From assembly GCA_001799675.1 (NCBI GenBank), contig MGTX01000016.1:9876-73875 (forward strand): a stretch of DNA of 64,000 bases. The letters are read 5' to 3'. The notes beneath the pieces were generated by a model, which saw only the letters and a program-made list of their open reading frames with translations, was not told the DNA's origin and searched no databases. The DNA comes from Elusimicrobia bacterium GWA2_66_18. Lineage in GTDB: Bacteria; Elusimicrobiota; Elusimicrobia; UBA1565; UBA9628. Below are positions 1 through 10,008 of this stretch, in pieces (the stretch's first letter is position 1; each line of letters starts with the position of its first letter). The position numbers and the translations under genes were made by a program.

Positions 1-1835
1 CCGTCCAATATGCGGTCCTCAGTGTGCGTTGAGAAAGTGGAGTCCGCGGGCCAGTATCCGACCGGTGCGCGAGCATGCGTGTGGACGCCGAGTACGGGCG
101 CGAAGGCGCGTGTGAGCGGTTGGGCGTAGGACGATGCGGTGTATTGAGTTCGCGCCGAAGGCGCGAAGCCGCAACCCCAGGTGGCTCCGAGGGCGACGCG
201 GTCGCCAAGCAGGAGGAACCGCAGGAACGCCAGGGCGGCGGCGATGACGATGACGCAGGCGCCGATGAGTCCGATCAGCCGGGCGTTCGCGACAAAGCCG
301 GCTAACGCCAGGTGCGCCGCTTCCGGCGCCGAGCCGCAGACGACGGCGGCCGCCCTCTCGACAAGGCAGAGAGCGGGACCTGGCCAAAGGCCGATGAAGG
401 CGCAGAGCGCGGCCAGTGCCGCCATGGGAACGATCATCACGGGGCCTGGGTCATGGGCGGACCTGGCGGCTTCGGTTCTTGGAACGCCCAGGCAGAGGAT
501 CCCGTAGGCTTTCGTAAAGCAAGCCAGCGCCAGCCCGCCGATAAGCGCCAGCCCGCCGATCGAGGCAGCGGCAAGCCTTGCCTCGCCGACCGTCACGGCG
601 GAGGTTGACGCCATGTACACCAACCACTCGCTGACGAAGCCGTTGAGGGGCGGTATTCCCGAGATCGCCGCGGCCCCGACCAATGAGAGCGCCGAGGTCC
701 AAGGCATCGCTTTCAGCAGCCCTCCGCCCGCCTCGATCTCCCGCGTGCCGAGCGCTTGGTAGAAGGCTCCGCTGCCTAGGAAGAGAAGCGATTTGAACAG
801 GGCGTGGTTGAGCGTGTGCAGTATTGCCCCCGCGAAACCCAACAGCGCCAGCTCGGGCCTATGATGGGAAAGCCCGAGGCAGCCCAGCCCCAGCCCCAGC
901 GTGATGATTCCGATGTTCTCGACGCTGTGATAGGCCAGCAGGCGCTTTAAATCGTGCTGCGCGAGAGCGAAGAGGACGCCTCCGACCCCGGACACCACGC
1001 CGGCCACGATCAAGACGATCGCCCAAAAATCGGGAACGGAGCGCAGCATCCAGATCAACCGGAGAAATCCGTAAATCCCGACCTTGATGACGACGCCGGA
1101 CATGACGGCCGATACGTGGCTCGGAGCGGCTGGGTGCGCCTCCTGAAGCCAGATATGGAACGGCGCGATGCCGGCCTTCATGCCGAATCCGATCATGCCG
1201 AGCAGCAAGAGCACGACCGACCGGCTCTCTCCGGGAGGCATGATCGTTCTGATGCCCTCAAAATCCAGAGTCCCGGCGGCTTTGCCCAGGATCGAGAACA
1301 AGATGAAGAGGGCCAACGTGGCGGTATGGGTACACACGAAATAAAGGAAGCCCGCGCGCCGCACCTCGGCATGCTCGTCTTCGATGATGACGAGGAAGAA
1401 ACTGGCCAAAGCCATTAGTTCCCAGGCAAATAGAAATAGAATGGCATTTTGGGCGCAGACGACCGCGGCCATGGAAACCGTCAACAGAAGGAACAGCGGC
1501 CTTACCGATTTGCTTTGCGACAGACTGTCGGAACGACGAACGTAGGCTTCTCCGTAGATGCCGGCCAATAAGCAGACTCCGAGTACGGTCAGCAGGAAAA
1601 ATGCCGATAGGCCGTCAAGAGACAAGGCAAGGCGGGCTGAAGGCAAGGACCAGCTTCCGACGAATTCCAATGTCCCGGCTTGCATCCATACGCTGGCCAT
1701 GGCCGCCGCAATACCCGTTACGCAGCCGATAACCAGGGACGCCAAGGAGACCACGGCTGCGACCCTGGGCTGCTGGGCCGTCAGAGCGGAGACGGCAGCG
1801 CCGGCAAGAAGGATCGAGATCGAAACGGTCAGCAT
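1..1835 (-). CDS. hyfB: Hydrogenase-4 component B / NuoL-like proton-translocating membrane subunit (3' end runs off window)
   Basis: Hand translation from ATG 1835 (not in ORF track, no stop seen in window): MLTVSISILLAG..., GFGMKAGIAPFHIWLQEAHPAAPSHVSAVMSG, QHDLKRLLAYHSVENIGII, HTLNHALFKSLLFLG, GIPPLNGFVSEW, TWGCGF..QYTASSYA. Confidence 0.85.
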   Translation of the reverse strand, partial: MLTVSISILLAGAAVSALTAQQPRVAAVVSLASLVIGCVTGIAAAMASVWMQAGTLEFVGSWSLPSARLALSLDGLSAFFLLTVLGVCLLAGIYGEAYVRRSDSLSQSKSVRPLFLLLTVSMAAVVCAQNAILFLFAWELMALASFFLVIIEDEHAEVRRAGFLYFVCTHTATLALFILFSILGKAAGTLDFEGIRTIMPPGESRSVVLLLLGMIGFGMKAGIAPFHIWLQEAHPAAPSHVSAVMSGVVIKVGIYGFLRLIWMLRSVPDFWAIVLIVAGVVSGVGGVLFALAQHDLKRLLAYHSVENIGIITLGLGLGCLGLSHHRPELALLGFAGAILHTLNHALFKSLLFLGSGAFYQALGTREIEAGGGLLKAMPWTSALSLVGAAAISGIPPLNGFVSEWLVYMASTSAVTVGEARLAAASIGGLALIGGLALACFTKAYGILCLGVPRTEAARSAHDPGPVMIVPMAALAALCAFIGLWPGPALCLVERAAAVVCGSAPEAAHLALAGFVANARLIGLIGACVIVIAAALAFLRFLLLGDRVALGATWGCGFAPSARTQYTASSYAQPLTRAFAPVLGVHTHARAPVGYWPADSTFSTHTEDRILD

Positions 1836-1850
1836 GCCGCGCCCGACATA

Positions 1851-2081
1851 TTAAGCTTGGCCCTGCGCTAGACAATCCAAGACGGCCAGTCTCAGGCCAT
1901 GTCCGATCTTTTCTTCGCCGATATGCACTTGCACTTGTTCGGGATAAGTGGCCACTTTGGCCAGAAGTGCATCGAAGAGAACGCTCTGGTGCTTGACCGC
2001 GGGATAACCGGCCGCCGCCTCGCTAACGGCCTCCTCGAAGAGGTCGTCCCCCAAGAATTCCGTCACGCGATAATTTTTCAT
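1851..2081 (-). CDS. Small hypothetical protein, first gene upstream of hyfB-like gene
   Basis: 76-aa ATG ORF between a promoter-like sequence and hyfB, stop 15 bp before the hyfB start; no motif recognised. Confidence 0.55.
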   Translation of the reverse strand: MKNYRVTEFLGDDLFEEAVSEAAAGYPAVKHQSVLFDALLAKVATYPEQVQVHIGEEKIGHGLRLAVLDCLAQGQA

Positions 2082-2101
2082 TGCACGGAACGATAATTAC
2101 A

Positions 2102-2131
2102 AGGTTAGCATTAATGCGGCTTAGCATCAAT
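2102..2131 (-). promoter_or_regulatory. Sigma70-like promoter with overlapping direct repeat
   Basis: Minus strand TTGATG-17 bp-TAACCT with TG extension; plus strand TTAGCATTAAT (2105-2115) and TTAGCATCAAT (2121-2131). Confidence 0.45.
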
Positions 2132-2229
2132 AGCTATAGGAGCATATTATCATATATATAGCCTGCGCTGGATACTGCCGCGCCCGTGGAAAGCGCCGCC
2201 CCGCGAAGCGGGACTTGGACGGGCTGTTC

Positions 2230-2473
2230 GGATCAGTTCCTCGTGCTTGCGAGCCTCGCTCTCGATGAGGTCGCGCTCAGCCTGGCTCAGACGGTTACAG
2301 ACGCGCTTGGGCGTGCTGCTCTCGGCGATGAACGCCTTGATTCCTCGCGCTGCCAAGCGCCGCTTCCATCCGTAGTAGGTCGACGATGGTATCTCGAGTT
2401 CCCGTAGCCGTTGGACCAGCTTGGGCTCGCGCGATAGCTCCTCGACGAGCCTCACCTTCTCCTTCGGGATATG
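2230..2473 (-). mobile_element. IS3/IS481-type transposase N-terminal HTH remnant
   Basis: EKVRLVEELS...LRELEIPSSTYYGWKRR...G...STPKRVCNRL resembles these transposases' HTH region; no DDE domain follows. Confidence 0.65.
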
Positions 2474-2695
2474 GACTTCAGATCGGGACGGTATTGGCTG
2501 ACGCCGGATACGGGACGGACACGTCGTTTCGAGATGAGATCACGAAGCTGGAACAGATGTATTGCGTGGGTATTCAGCCCGGGATCACCGTGTGGAGACC
2601 AGGTATGACGCCGCTACCGGCGAAGCCTCGTCAGCGGAGAGGACGTCCGCCGACGCTGTTGCAACGCGGTCCTGGGCATGAGCCGGTGAACGTCG
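2474..2695 (+). mobile_element. IS701-family transposase internal remnant
   Basis: VLADAGYGTDTSFRDEITKL...YCVGIQPGITVWRPG..PLPAKP...GRPPT...HEPVNV matches the IS701 central segment; both ends missing. Confidence 0.7.
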
Positions 2696-2832
2696 GTGAG
2701 GGCGGCGCATCGCGACGAGCGCCGGCAGAAGATGCGAGACATTGCGGTACTGGATCTCTCGGAAGATTTTACGCGAGCTGCCTCGCTGCCCCTGCTGCGG
2801 GTTGGACGTGCGCCGTATTTGACACAGTAAGA

Positions 2833-3732
2833 CTAGCGCCCCGGACTCTTGGCCGATACGGCCTTCCGGATAGCCGCGATGTGGGCCGGAGTCGTGCCGC
2901 AGCAGCCCCCGATGATGTTCGCCCCGGCCTCCAGGAGCGCTGCGACCTTCGAGGCCATCAGCTCCGGCGTCTCGCCGTAGACGGCCCTGCCGCCGCGCAT
3001 CTCGGGCATGCCCGCATTGGACTGGACGAGCAGGGGGATGCGGGTGGACCGGAGGAACTCCCGCGCGATCTCGACCATATTGTCTATGCCGTTGCCGCAG
3101 TTGGAGCCGACCACGTCGGCTCCGGCCTTGGCCAGGCCCTCGGCCGCCTGCGCGACCGATACCCCCATGATCGTCCTGTAGCCTTTCTTGGTGCGGTCGA
3201 AGGTCATGGTGGCCATGACCGGGACCCCGGGGGCCGCGGACTTCGAAGCCTCCACCGCCAGAACGGCCTCGCCGAGGTCCGTCATGGTCTCGACGCAGAC
3301 CACGTCGGCCCCCGCCGCGGCGGCCGCCTTGAGCTGCCGGCAGAAGGCTCGGCGAACCTCCTCCGGGTCGGCGTCGCCGTAGGGCTTGAGCATCCTGCCC
3401 GTGGGCCCGCAGGAGAACGAGACCAGGGCCTGGCCTCCCACGGCCCTGCGCACGGCCTCCACGGCCGACCGGTTGACCTCCTCGGTCCTGTCGTCGAGCC
3501 CGTACTGGGCGAGCTTCATGGGCGAGCCGCCGAAGGTGTTGGTCTGGACCAGGTCCGCTCCGGCCTCCAGGTAGAGCCGGGCGATCTCCTCGAGCACCAC
3601 GGGCCTCTCCAGGTTCACCGCTTCCGGGCAGTCCCCGGGCTTCAACCCCCGCTCCTGGAGCATGGTGCCCATGGCCCCGTCCGCGACCAGGACCTGCCCC
3701 GCGCGAAGCCTTTCGAGCAGCCCGGCCGTCAT
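2833..3732 (-). CDS. Homocysteine S-methyltransferase family protein (stand-alone MetH Hcy domain)
   Basis: From ATG 3732: VADGAMGTML, TNTFG, VETM, GSNCG, QSNAGMP, IGGCCGTTPAHI (Zn-binding Cys). Confidence 0.92.
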   Translation of the reverse strand: MTAGLLERLRAGQVLVADGAMGTMLQERGLKPGDCPEAVNLERPVVLEEIARLYLEAGADLVQTNTFGGSPMKLAQYGLDDRTEEVNRSAVEAVRRAVGGQALVSFSCGPTGRMLKPYGDADPEEVRRAFCRQLKAAAAAGADVVCVETMTDLGEAVLAVEASKSAAPGVPVMATMTFDRTKKGYRTIMGVSVAQAAEGLAKAGADVVGSNCGNGIDNMVEIAREFLRSTRIPLLVQSNAGMPEMRGGRAVYGETPELMASKVAALLEAGANIIGGCCGTTPAHIAAIRKAVSAKSPGR

Positions 3733-4364
3733 CGCCCCACCGCGGCCTTGAGGCGGTCCACCGCGCTGGCCGCGTCGAAAGCGTAGAGGTCCGCCCCTAT
3801 CTGCCGGGCGTAGTCCTCGGAGACCGGAGCCCCCCCCACGATGACGCGCAGCTTCCCCGACAGCCCGCGCTTCTTGACCAGGTCCACGACGTCCTTCATG
3901 ACCGGCATGGTGGTCGTCAGCAGGGCGGACAGCCCCAGGAAGCCCGCCTCCTCCCGCACCGCGGCGTCCACGAACGCCTCCGGGATGATGTCCTTTCCCA
4001 GGTCCACGACGTCGAAGCCGGCGCCCTTGAGCATGATGCTGACGAGGTTCTTGCCGATGTCGTGAAGGTCGCCGTGCACCGTGCCCAGGACCACCTTGCC
4101 GATGTTCGGGACCCCTTCCTTGGCGAAATGAGGCTTGAGATGCTTCATGCCGGCGTTCATGGCCTTGGCCGAGAGCAGGACGTCGGGGAGGAACACCTCG
4201 TGCTCCCTGAACTTCACCCCCACCGCATTCATCCCGGCGATGAGGCCCTTGTCGAGGATGTCCCTGGCCTTCAGGCCCTGGCCGAGCGCCTCCCGGGTCA
4301 GTTCCGAGACCGTCTCTTCGTCCCCCTCTTCCAGCGACTGCACGATCGATGCGAGGATCTCCAT
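3729..4364 (-). CDS. Corrinoid (cobalamin-binding) protein, MttC/MtbC-like
   Basis: ATG 4364 with GGAGG SD; cap domain GMNAVGVKF..EVFLPDVL; DLHDIG, LSALLTTT, IVGGAP. Confidence 0.93.
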   Translation of the reverse strand: MEILASIVQSLEEGDEETVSELTREALGQGLKARDILDKGLIAGMNAVGVKFREHEVFLPDVLLSAKAMNAGMKHLKPHFAKEGVPNIGKVVLGTVHGDLHDIGKNLVSIMLKGAGFDVVDLGKDIIPEAFVDAAVREEAGFLGLSALLTTTMPVMKDVVDLVKKRGLSGKLRVIVGGAPVSEDYARQIGADLYAFDAASAVDRLKAAVGR

Positions 4365-4372
4365 CCTGCCTC

Positions 4373-5089
4373 CTAGCGGCGCCCCCGGCAGGTCCGGTGC
4401 GAGCACCGGCCGCAGAAAGGGAACGCGTTCTTGAACTCGTGGATGCCCGGCTCACCGCAGACCAGCACCCCGGATACGGACTTGAGCGGCTCCATCAGGA
4501 GGCTCTTGCCGAGGGTCACGCCGATCACCTCGGGCTTGAGCAGGTCGAAGAGCCCCCGCTGGGCGCTGATGTGCCACCCGCAGTAGCCGGGGCTGTAGCG
4601 CAGGGTCCTGCGGCTCGAGGGGACCCTCCCTGCCGCGACCAAGGCCCCTCCGAAAGCCTCCTGGACCGCCTCGGCGCAGCGGTCGGCCGCGGCCGACGCG
4701 GCGGCGTCGAGCACGTAGCCCAGCACGAAATCGTCGGCCTCGAAGAGCTCTGCGATGCGGCGGCTGACCGGCCCGCCCAGGGTGATCGCGAACAGGGCCA
4801 TGGCCTGCGCATGGGGGTATATCCCGGCCAGGGGCGTCCGCACCTCGTTGAGGCCCGAGCCACGGAACACGCCGTCGAACTCCGGCATGGAGACCATCTG
4901 GTAGACGGCGGACGGCTCGCAGAGCCTGCCGAGGAGGTCCAGGGCCTTGTCCATGTAGGCGTCTAGCCTCGGGTCCGGCTCGATGTCCCCGGACATCCCC
5001 TGCAGAGCCAGGACCGCGGCCCTTTCCGGGCGGACGCTATCGGGCGAGAATCTCAGGATTTGCCGCATCGTCAAGTCTTCCAGCATCAT
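4373..5089 (-). CDS. Methionine synthase activation (AdoMet-binding) domain-like protein
   Basis: FAITLG, LDAAAS, RYSPGYCGW, LMEPLKSVSG, C-terminal CxxCxxxxC. Confidence 0.85.
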   Translation of the reverse strand: MMLEDLTMRQILRFSPDSVRPERAAVLALQGMSGDIEPDPRLDAYMDKALDLLGRLCEPSAVYQMVSMPEFDGVFRGSGLNEVRTPLAGIYPHAQAMALFAITLGGPVSRRIAELFEADDFVLGYVLDAAASAAADRCAEAVQEAFGGALVAAGRVPSSRRTLRYSPGYCGWHISAQRGLFDLLKPEVIGVTLGKSLLMEPLKSVSGVLVCGEPGIHEFKNAFPFCGRCSHRTCRGRR

Positions 5090-5124
5090 TTTAGCTAAAA
5101 TGTCGCGTCATTAAGGAGGACTCA

Positions 5125-6573
5125 ATGGTCCCGGAAGTTCGCATTTTGAGCGACGAGGAAATCCGGACGCTTCACGGCGCCGCCCTGGATGTCCTCGCTA
5201 AGGTCGGCATCCGCTATGGAAGCAGGCGCTGCCTCGAACTCCTCGAGGCCGAAGGGCAGAAGGTCGACTACGGCTCGGGCATTGCCTGGATCCGCCCGGA
5301 CCTCGTCGAGCGCTGCATCAAATCGACCCCGCGCACCATCACCCTGGGGGGGCGCATCCCAAAGCACGACATGGTGCTCGACGGCTCCTGTCTGCGCGTC
5401 GCGACCAACGGGCAGGCCACCTTTGTGCAGGATCACCGCACGGGCAAGCGCCGCCGAGCATGCGTCCAGGATCTGCGCGATTCCACCCGCATGGGCCATC
5501 ACCTAGACGGCATCGATTACATCTGGCCGATGGTCGTGCCGTCCGATGTCCCCGGCGAGAGCCGAGGGCTGCACGAGATGTACCATTCGTTCGCCTGCTC
5601 GAGCAAGCACATCCAGCACGAGATCCAGGTTCCGGCGCACGTTCCGCTCGCGCTGGAAATGCTCGAGGTCCTGATGGGAAGCAAGGCGGAGGTCCGCCGC
5701 CGGCCTCCGTTCTCGGTCGTGTCGTGCACGGTGTCTCCTCTGCAGCACGAGCCGATGATGGCCGAGTTATCCATCGACCTTGCGCGCGCCGGGATCCCGA
5801 TCGCCGTCTGGCCGATGCCGCTGACCGGCGCGACGGCGCCGCTCAGCGTGCCGGCGACCTGCTTGATGAGCATCGTAGAGTTCCTCTCGGGCGTGGTGCT
5901 TTTCCAGTCGGCGGCGCCGGGCTGCCCGCTGATCTTCCCTTTCGGTCCGGAGATACTCGACATGCGGTCGGGGATGGCGGCCTGCGGCGGGCCGGAGATC
6001 CCGCTGTTCAATCTGATCCTAGGCCAGATGGCCAGGTACTACGATGTCCCGTCCATCGGCGTGGGGCTCAATTCGGACGGCAAGATCCCGGGGATCCAGG
6101 CGGCCTACGAATCGATGCAGACAGGATTGGGGGCGGCTCTCTCGGGGGCCGATCTGCTCGTAGGAGTCGGCGTGCTCGACGACAACAACACGATGTCGCT
6201 GACCCAGATGGTCATTGAGGCCGAGATGGCCCGGATGGTCAAGCGCGTGCGCAGCGGCGTGACGGTCAACAGCGCGACCCTGATGACCCACCTGATCGAA
6301 AAGGCGGGACCGGGGCAGGACTACCTCGGATTCAAGGAGACCCGCGATGGGCTGCGGCGAGGCGAGGTCTTCTTCCCGGGATTCGGCTACCGCAACAGCT
6401 ACGACCAGTTCTTCAAGGACGGCCGCGACGAGCTCGACGCGGCCCGAGCCGAGGTCGAGCGCCTGCTCGCCATGCCCGACCCGGACCCGCTCCCACCCGA
6501 GGTCGACAGCGAGCTCAGGCGCATCGTCGCCGCGGCCGACAAGGCATGCTCCGTGCCGGCGTCTCACCAATGA
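5125..6573 (+). CDS. Trimethylamine methyltransferase (MttB) superfamily protein, non-pyrrolysine
   Basis: 482 aa, AAGGAGGA SD; LSDEEIRTLHGAALDVL, TVSPLQH, GATAPLS, DMRSG..GGPE, DGKIPGIQAAYE; no in-frame TAG. Confidence 0.9.
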   Translation: MVPEVRILSDEEIRTLHGAALDVLAKVGIRYGSRRCLELLEAEGQKVDYGSGIAWIRPDLVERCIKSTPRTITLGGRIPKHDMVLDGSCLRVATNGQATFVQDHRTGKRRRACVQDLRDSTRMGHHLDGIDYIWPMVVPSDVPGESRGLHEMYHSFACSSKHIQHEIQVPAHVPLALEMLEVLMGSKAEVRRRPPFSVVSCTVSPLQHEPMMAELSIDLARAGIPIAVWPMPLTGATAPLSVPATCLMSIVEFLSGVVLFQSAAPGCPLIFPFGPEILDMRSGMAACGGPEIPLFNLILGQMARYYDVPSIGVGLNSDGKIPGIQAAYESMQTGLGAALSGADLLVGVGVLDDNNTMSLTQMVIEAEMARMVKRVRSGVTVNSATLMTHLIEKAGPGQDYLGFKETRDGLRRGEVFFPGFGYRNSYDQFFKDGRDELDAARAEVERLLAMPDPDPLPPEVDSELRRIVAAADKACSVPASHQ

Positions 6574-6577
6574 CCGC

Positions 6578-7948
6578 ATGACCTCCGCGCGCCGGCGGCT
6601 GGGTTTTTTACCGCTCGTCGGGGTGGTCTTCTGTCTCTCCTCCTCGGGGCCGTTCGGCATCGAGGAGATGGTCGCCGCCTCCGGCCCCGGCCTGACCATC
6701 CTCATGCTGCTCGCCATTCCTCTGCTCTACGGCCTTCCGCTCGGCCTGGCTGTCGGAGAGATGAACGGCCGATTCCCGGTGGAGGGCGGCTACTACCGCT
6801 GGATACGCGCCGTGTTCGGCGATGTCTGGGGATTCCAGGCGGGGTGGGGCGCGTGGCTCGGGTCCTTCTTCGATGGAGCCGCTTACGCCGTGCTGGTGGC
6901 GGAGTATTTGCAGCCGCTCCTGCATATGACTCCGATGGCCGGAATCCTCGACGCCCACCCGTTCCTGGCGCGACAAGCGATCTGCCTCGGGGTGATAGGA
7001 TCCTGCACCCTGGCCAACTTGCGCGGCATCAAGCTGGTCGGCTGGTCGACCCTCGTCTTCATGATCTTCGTGATCAGCCCGTTCGTGGTGATGTGCGCCA
7101 TGGGGGCGACGCATTGGGAACATAATCCGATGCTCCCCATCAAACATCCCGACATCGGATGGGGACCGGCGCTCGGGATCGGCGCGATGCTCTGCATGTG
7201 GAACTACAGCGGCTACGAATCGCTGTCGACCGCTGCCGAGGAGATCGAGGATCCGCGGCGCAACTACTTCAAGGCGGTGCTTATCTCCATCTGCCTGTCA
7301 GTGCCGATCTATCTCTTGCCGATGCTGACGATGCTCGCCACGACTCCCGACTGGACCGCGCTCAAGGCGGGCGCCTACCCTGCAGCCGCCGGATTCATCG
7401 GAGGTCCGGCGCTTGGAGTGTGGGTCGGGCTGGCCGGGGCGGTCAGCAACCTGGCTCTCTTCAACGCCTACACGCTGGTCTACTCGCGCATCCCGTTCGC
7501 CATGGCCCAGGACGGCTTCCTGCCGAAAGCCCTGTGCCGCACTCATGCCAGGTTCGGGACCCCCTGGGTGTCGCTGCTGTTCGGGGCCGCCGTCTACTCC
7601 CTCCTGACGTTCCTCTCGTTCGCCGAGCTGATCGTCATGGAAGTGTGGCTCTTCTCAGTCATCTATATCCTGATCTATCTGGCCCTATGGGTCCTGCGCC
7701 GGCGCGAGGGCGGCGGCCCCCCCGCAGCCGCGCCGGGCGGCGAGGTCCGCTTCACTCTGCCCCTCGGCTCGCGCGGCATCTGGCTGGTGATCGGGCCGCC
7801 CATCCTGCTGATCCTGGCCGGCATGTTCGGCAGCGGACCGGAGTACATCCTCTTCGGCGGACTTGCGCTGGCGAGCGGCCCGGCGATCCTCGGGATCAGC
7901 CGCATCATTCGCAGGCTTCGCCGGGCCCGATCGACCGGCGCCGCCTGA
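6578..7948 (+). CDS. APC family amino acid/polyamine permease
   Basis: From ATG 6578; many TM segments, GPFGIE, FPVEGGYYRWI, WNYSGYE, EEIEDP, AQDGFLP, FGTPWVS. Confidence 0.88.
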   Translation: MTSARRRLGFLPLVGVVFCLSSSGPFGIEEMVAASGPGLTILMLLAIPLLYGLPLGLAVGEMNGRFPVEGGYYRWIRAVFGDVWGFQAGWGAWLGSFFDGAAYAVLVAEYLQPLLHMTPMAGILDAHPFLARQAICLGVIGSCTLANLRGIKLVGWSTLVFMIFVISPFVVMCAMGATHWEHNPMLPIKHPDIGWGPALGIGAMLCMWNYSGYESLSTAAEEIEDPRRNYFKAVLISICLSVPIYLLPMLTMLATTPDWTALKAGAYPAAAGFIGGPALGVWVGLAGAVSNLALFNAYTLVYSRIPFAMAQDGFLPKALCRTHARFGTPWVSLLFGAAVYSLLTFLSFAELIVMEVWLFSVIYILIYLALWVLRRREGGGPPAAAPGGEVRFTLPLGSRGIWLVIGPPILLILAGMFGSGPEYILFGGLALASGPAILGISRIIRRLRRARSTGAA

Positions 7949-8152
7949 CTGTTCGTGCTCGATGTCGGAGGCCGGACTTGACATCTTGACTACGCCGCGT
8001 TGGTTACAAACTTCTTGACGGCCTTCTCGCTTAACGGCCGTTTGCGCGGGGCGTCCGGGCGATGTTCCTATTTCAAGCCACCGGGACGGACGCCCGCGCC
8101 CGTAAAGTCCCGGACAAACCCGCCCTCGGCCGGCAGCATTTTCCGGATCATC

Positions 8153-8464
8153 TCACTGAGCCTCGCGTACCGGCGACCAAAAGGCGCTCACGATGATGAT
8201 CGGCACCCGGACGCCGCGCTCGGCAAGCTTGCCGCAGAACTGGTGTCCGTCCATCCGCGGCATCATCAAATCCAGCGCGATGAGATCGGGCTGGAATTGG
8301 TCCAGTATGGTGAGGGCGGTCAATCCGTCCGGGGCGCCCGCGACGTCAAAGCCCGCCGCGCTCATAGTGACTCGAAACAACTCTCGAAGCATCTCGTCAT
8401 CGTCGACGATGAGGATGCGCTGTTTGGGGGGCTCATCCCCGTCGCCGGGAAGAAAGTCGGTCAC
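8153..8464 (-). pseudogene. Single-domain response regulator receiver, C-terminally truncated
   Basis: ILIVDDD, DLMMPRMDG, IIIVSA present; stops before the conserved Lys-Pro strand. Confidence 0.6.
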
Positions 8465-8612
8465 CTTCCCAGTGTAGCCGTTTCCCGGTAAACATCCAGG
8501 AAATTTCCGGTGAACTTTGGCGGCATCGGGCGACCGGCTTGACCGACGCGACGGGAATTTTCGATACTCCTCACAGGATGAGGCCCGCGCTCGCGTCGGA
8601 CAGGAGGCGCTC

Positions 8613-9467
8613 GTGATCTTAACGCGCGCAGCGCTCGCGATCGTGCTCGGTATTTTTTGCGGCCGTTCTCACGCGGCTGATTGGATTTCCGCGCAGACCG
8701 TGGGAATCCTGGTATCGCAAAGCCGCGAACTCGCGCGTTTGCGCGCCGCCTATGTCCGCAAGCCTGCCGGCGAGGAACTTCTGACGCGCGCCGATGCGGC
8801 CTTTCACGCGGGTCACTATTGGGAGATGCGGCGACTGATCATTAAAGTTGTCGATCTCGATCCGCAGGACGATGCGACCCTGGGCACGCTGGCCTACATG
8901 ATATCCATGTATCGATCCGACGGAGACACGGCCGACGGCAAGGAAAACGTTCGCTACGCCGTGTCGGACTTCGCGGACCTGGGAGGACTCACGCACAAAG
9001 ACCTGCTGCAGGTCGTCATGGATCCGACCGAGGACCGTTTCGCCAAAGCGCGCGCCGTTCTCGATTGGGGAGAGCATTTCAATCGCGCGAATCCGGACTT
9101 CTATCTGGAATACGCAGAATATATCGGTTATGGGGCCGGCTCCTACCACAAAGCGCACGCGAACAACGACCGGGCCTTCGAGGAGTTTCGGGCGGGCGTC
9201 GATGCCTATCAAAAAGCCCTCAACCTGATTGGCGCCCGGCCGTCCCGGCAGGCCCGCAAACCGGAGATGATGCTTGTGCGCGACCAAGCCAACCTCTGTC
9301 TGCGCCTAATCGAGTTGATGCCGGAGCGAGGCGCTCCTTACCGTGCGCTCGCCGCAAGAAACTACCGCCGCATCCTGGCCTCGCCTCTGGCAGGCGACAG
9401 CCTTAAAGAGTCGGCTCGCCGCCATTTGACCGAACTCGGCGAGCCCGCGCCCGCCTTAAGCCGCTGA
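8613..9467 (+). CDS. Secreted helical-repeat (TPR-like) hypothetical protein
   Basis: GTG 8613 after AGGAGG; signal-like N-terminus ending SHA; TPR-like segments (AYQKALNL). Confidence 0.55.
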   Translation: MILTRAALAIVLGIFCGRSHAADWISAQTVGILVSQSRELARLRAAYVRKPAGEELLTRADAAFHAGHYWEMRRLIIKVVDLDPQDDATLGTLAYMISMYRSDGDTADGKENVRYAVSDFADLGGLTHKDLLQVVMDPTEDRFAKARAVLDWGEHFNRANPDFYLEYAEYIGYGAGSYHKAHANNDRAFEEFRAGVDAYQKALNLIGARPSRQARKPEMMLVRDQANLCLRLIELMPERGAPYRALAARNYRRILASPLAGDSLKESARRHLTELGEPAPALSR

Positions 9468-10008
9468 GCCGACGAAACAGCCCATTTCCAGCGCTCATTT
9501 GCGCCGACAAAGTGTCCCGTTTAAGCTGATCTTGAACATTCCATAAATGGCTTTCATAGCACACTGCTCGCAGGTAAAGTCAGACGCCGATATCCTCTAG
9601 AACCCGATTTTCCTGATCCTCCCTTTCAAGCCGTGCCGGCAGATTCCCTGGACACGGCTGAGACAAAGGGCGCCGCTGATGTCGGTCGACGCGCGCAGTT
9701 TGGTGGCTTGGCAACCTCCCCTCAATACGCTTCGGGAGGCACGGCCCCACGTGTATTGTAATTTTTAATTATACCAGACAACTACTTCGGGCGAATTCAG
9801 CGAGTGTAATTCTTCAGCGCTTTCGGGAGTTTCCAGGGCCTATAATTCTGGCTCTCGGGAATTTACAACCACGCAAGGCTCGAAATCTCTCGAAATAGGT
9901 CTTTTGCCGGCACTCTTGCGACCCAAAGGCCCAGGTTGCCGTTAATAACCGGGCTCATACTGGAATGGACGGCGCTGTATGGGACGTAGACGCGCCTTAG
10001 AGGCCAGG

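Noticed and set aside
520..560. Short direct repeat AGCGCCAGCCCGCCGAT x2
   Set aside because: Inside the hyfB-like CDS, encoding a repeated IGGLAL segment
2386..4455. 466-aa (+) ORF and the N-terminal half of the 540-aa (-) ORF
   Set aside because: The first joins an IS701 fragment to antisense sequence; the second's extension is an alternative frame of the corrinoid gene
5125..6573. Pyrrolysine recoding in MttB
   Set aside because: No in-frame amber codon and no pyl genes in the window
9470..9720. Possible small minus-strand ORF in the intergenic region
   Set aside because: Short, interrupted by stops, no motif
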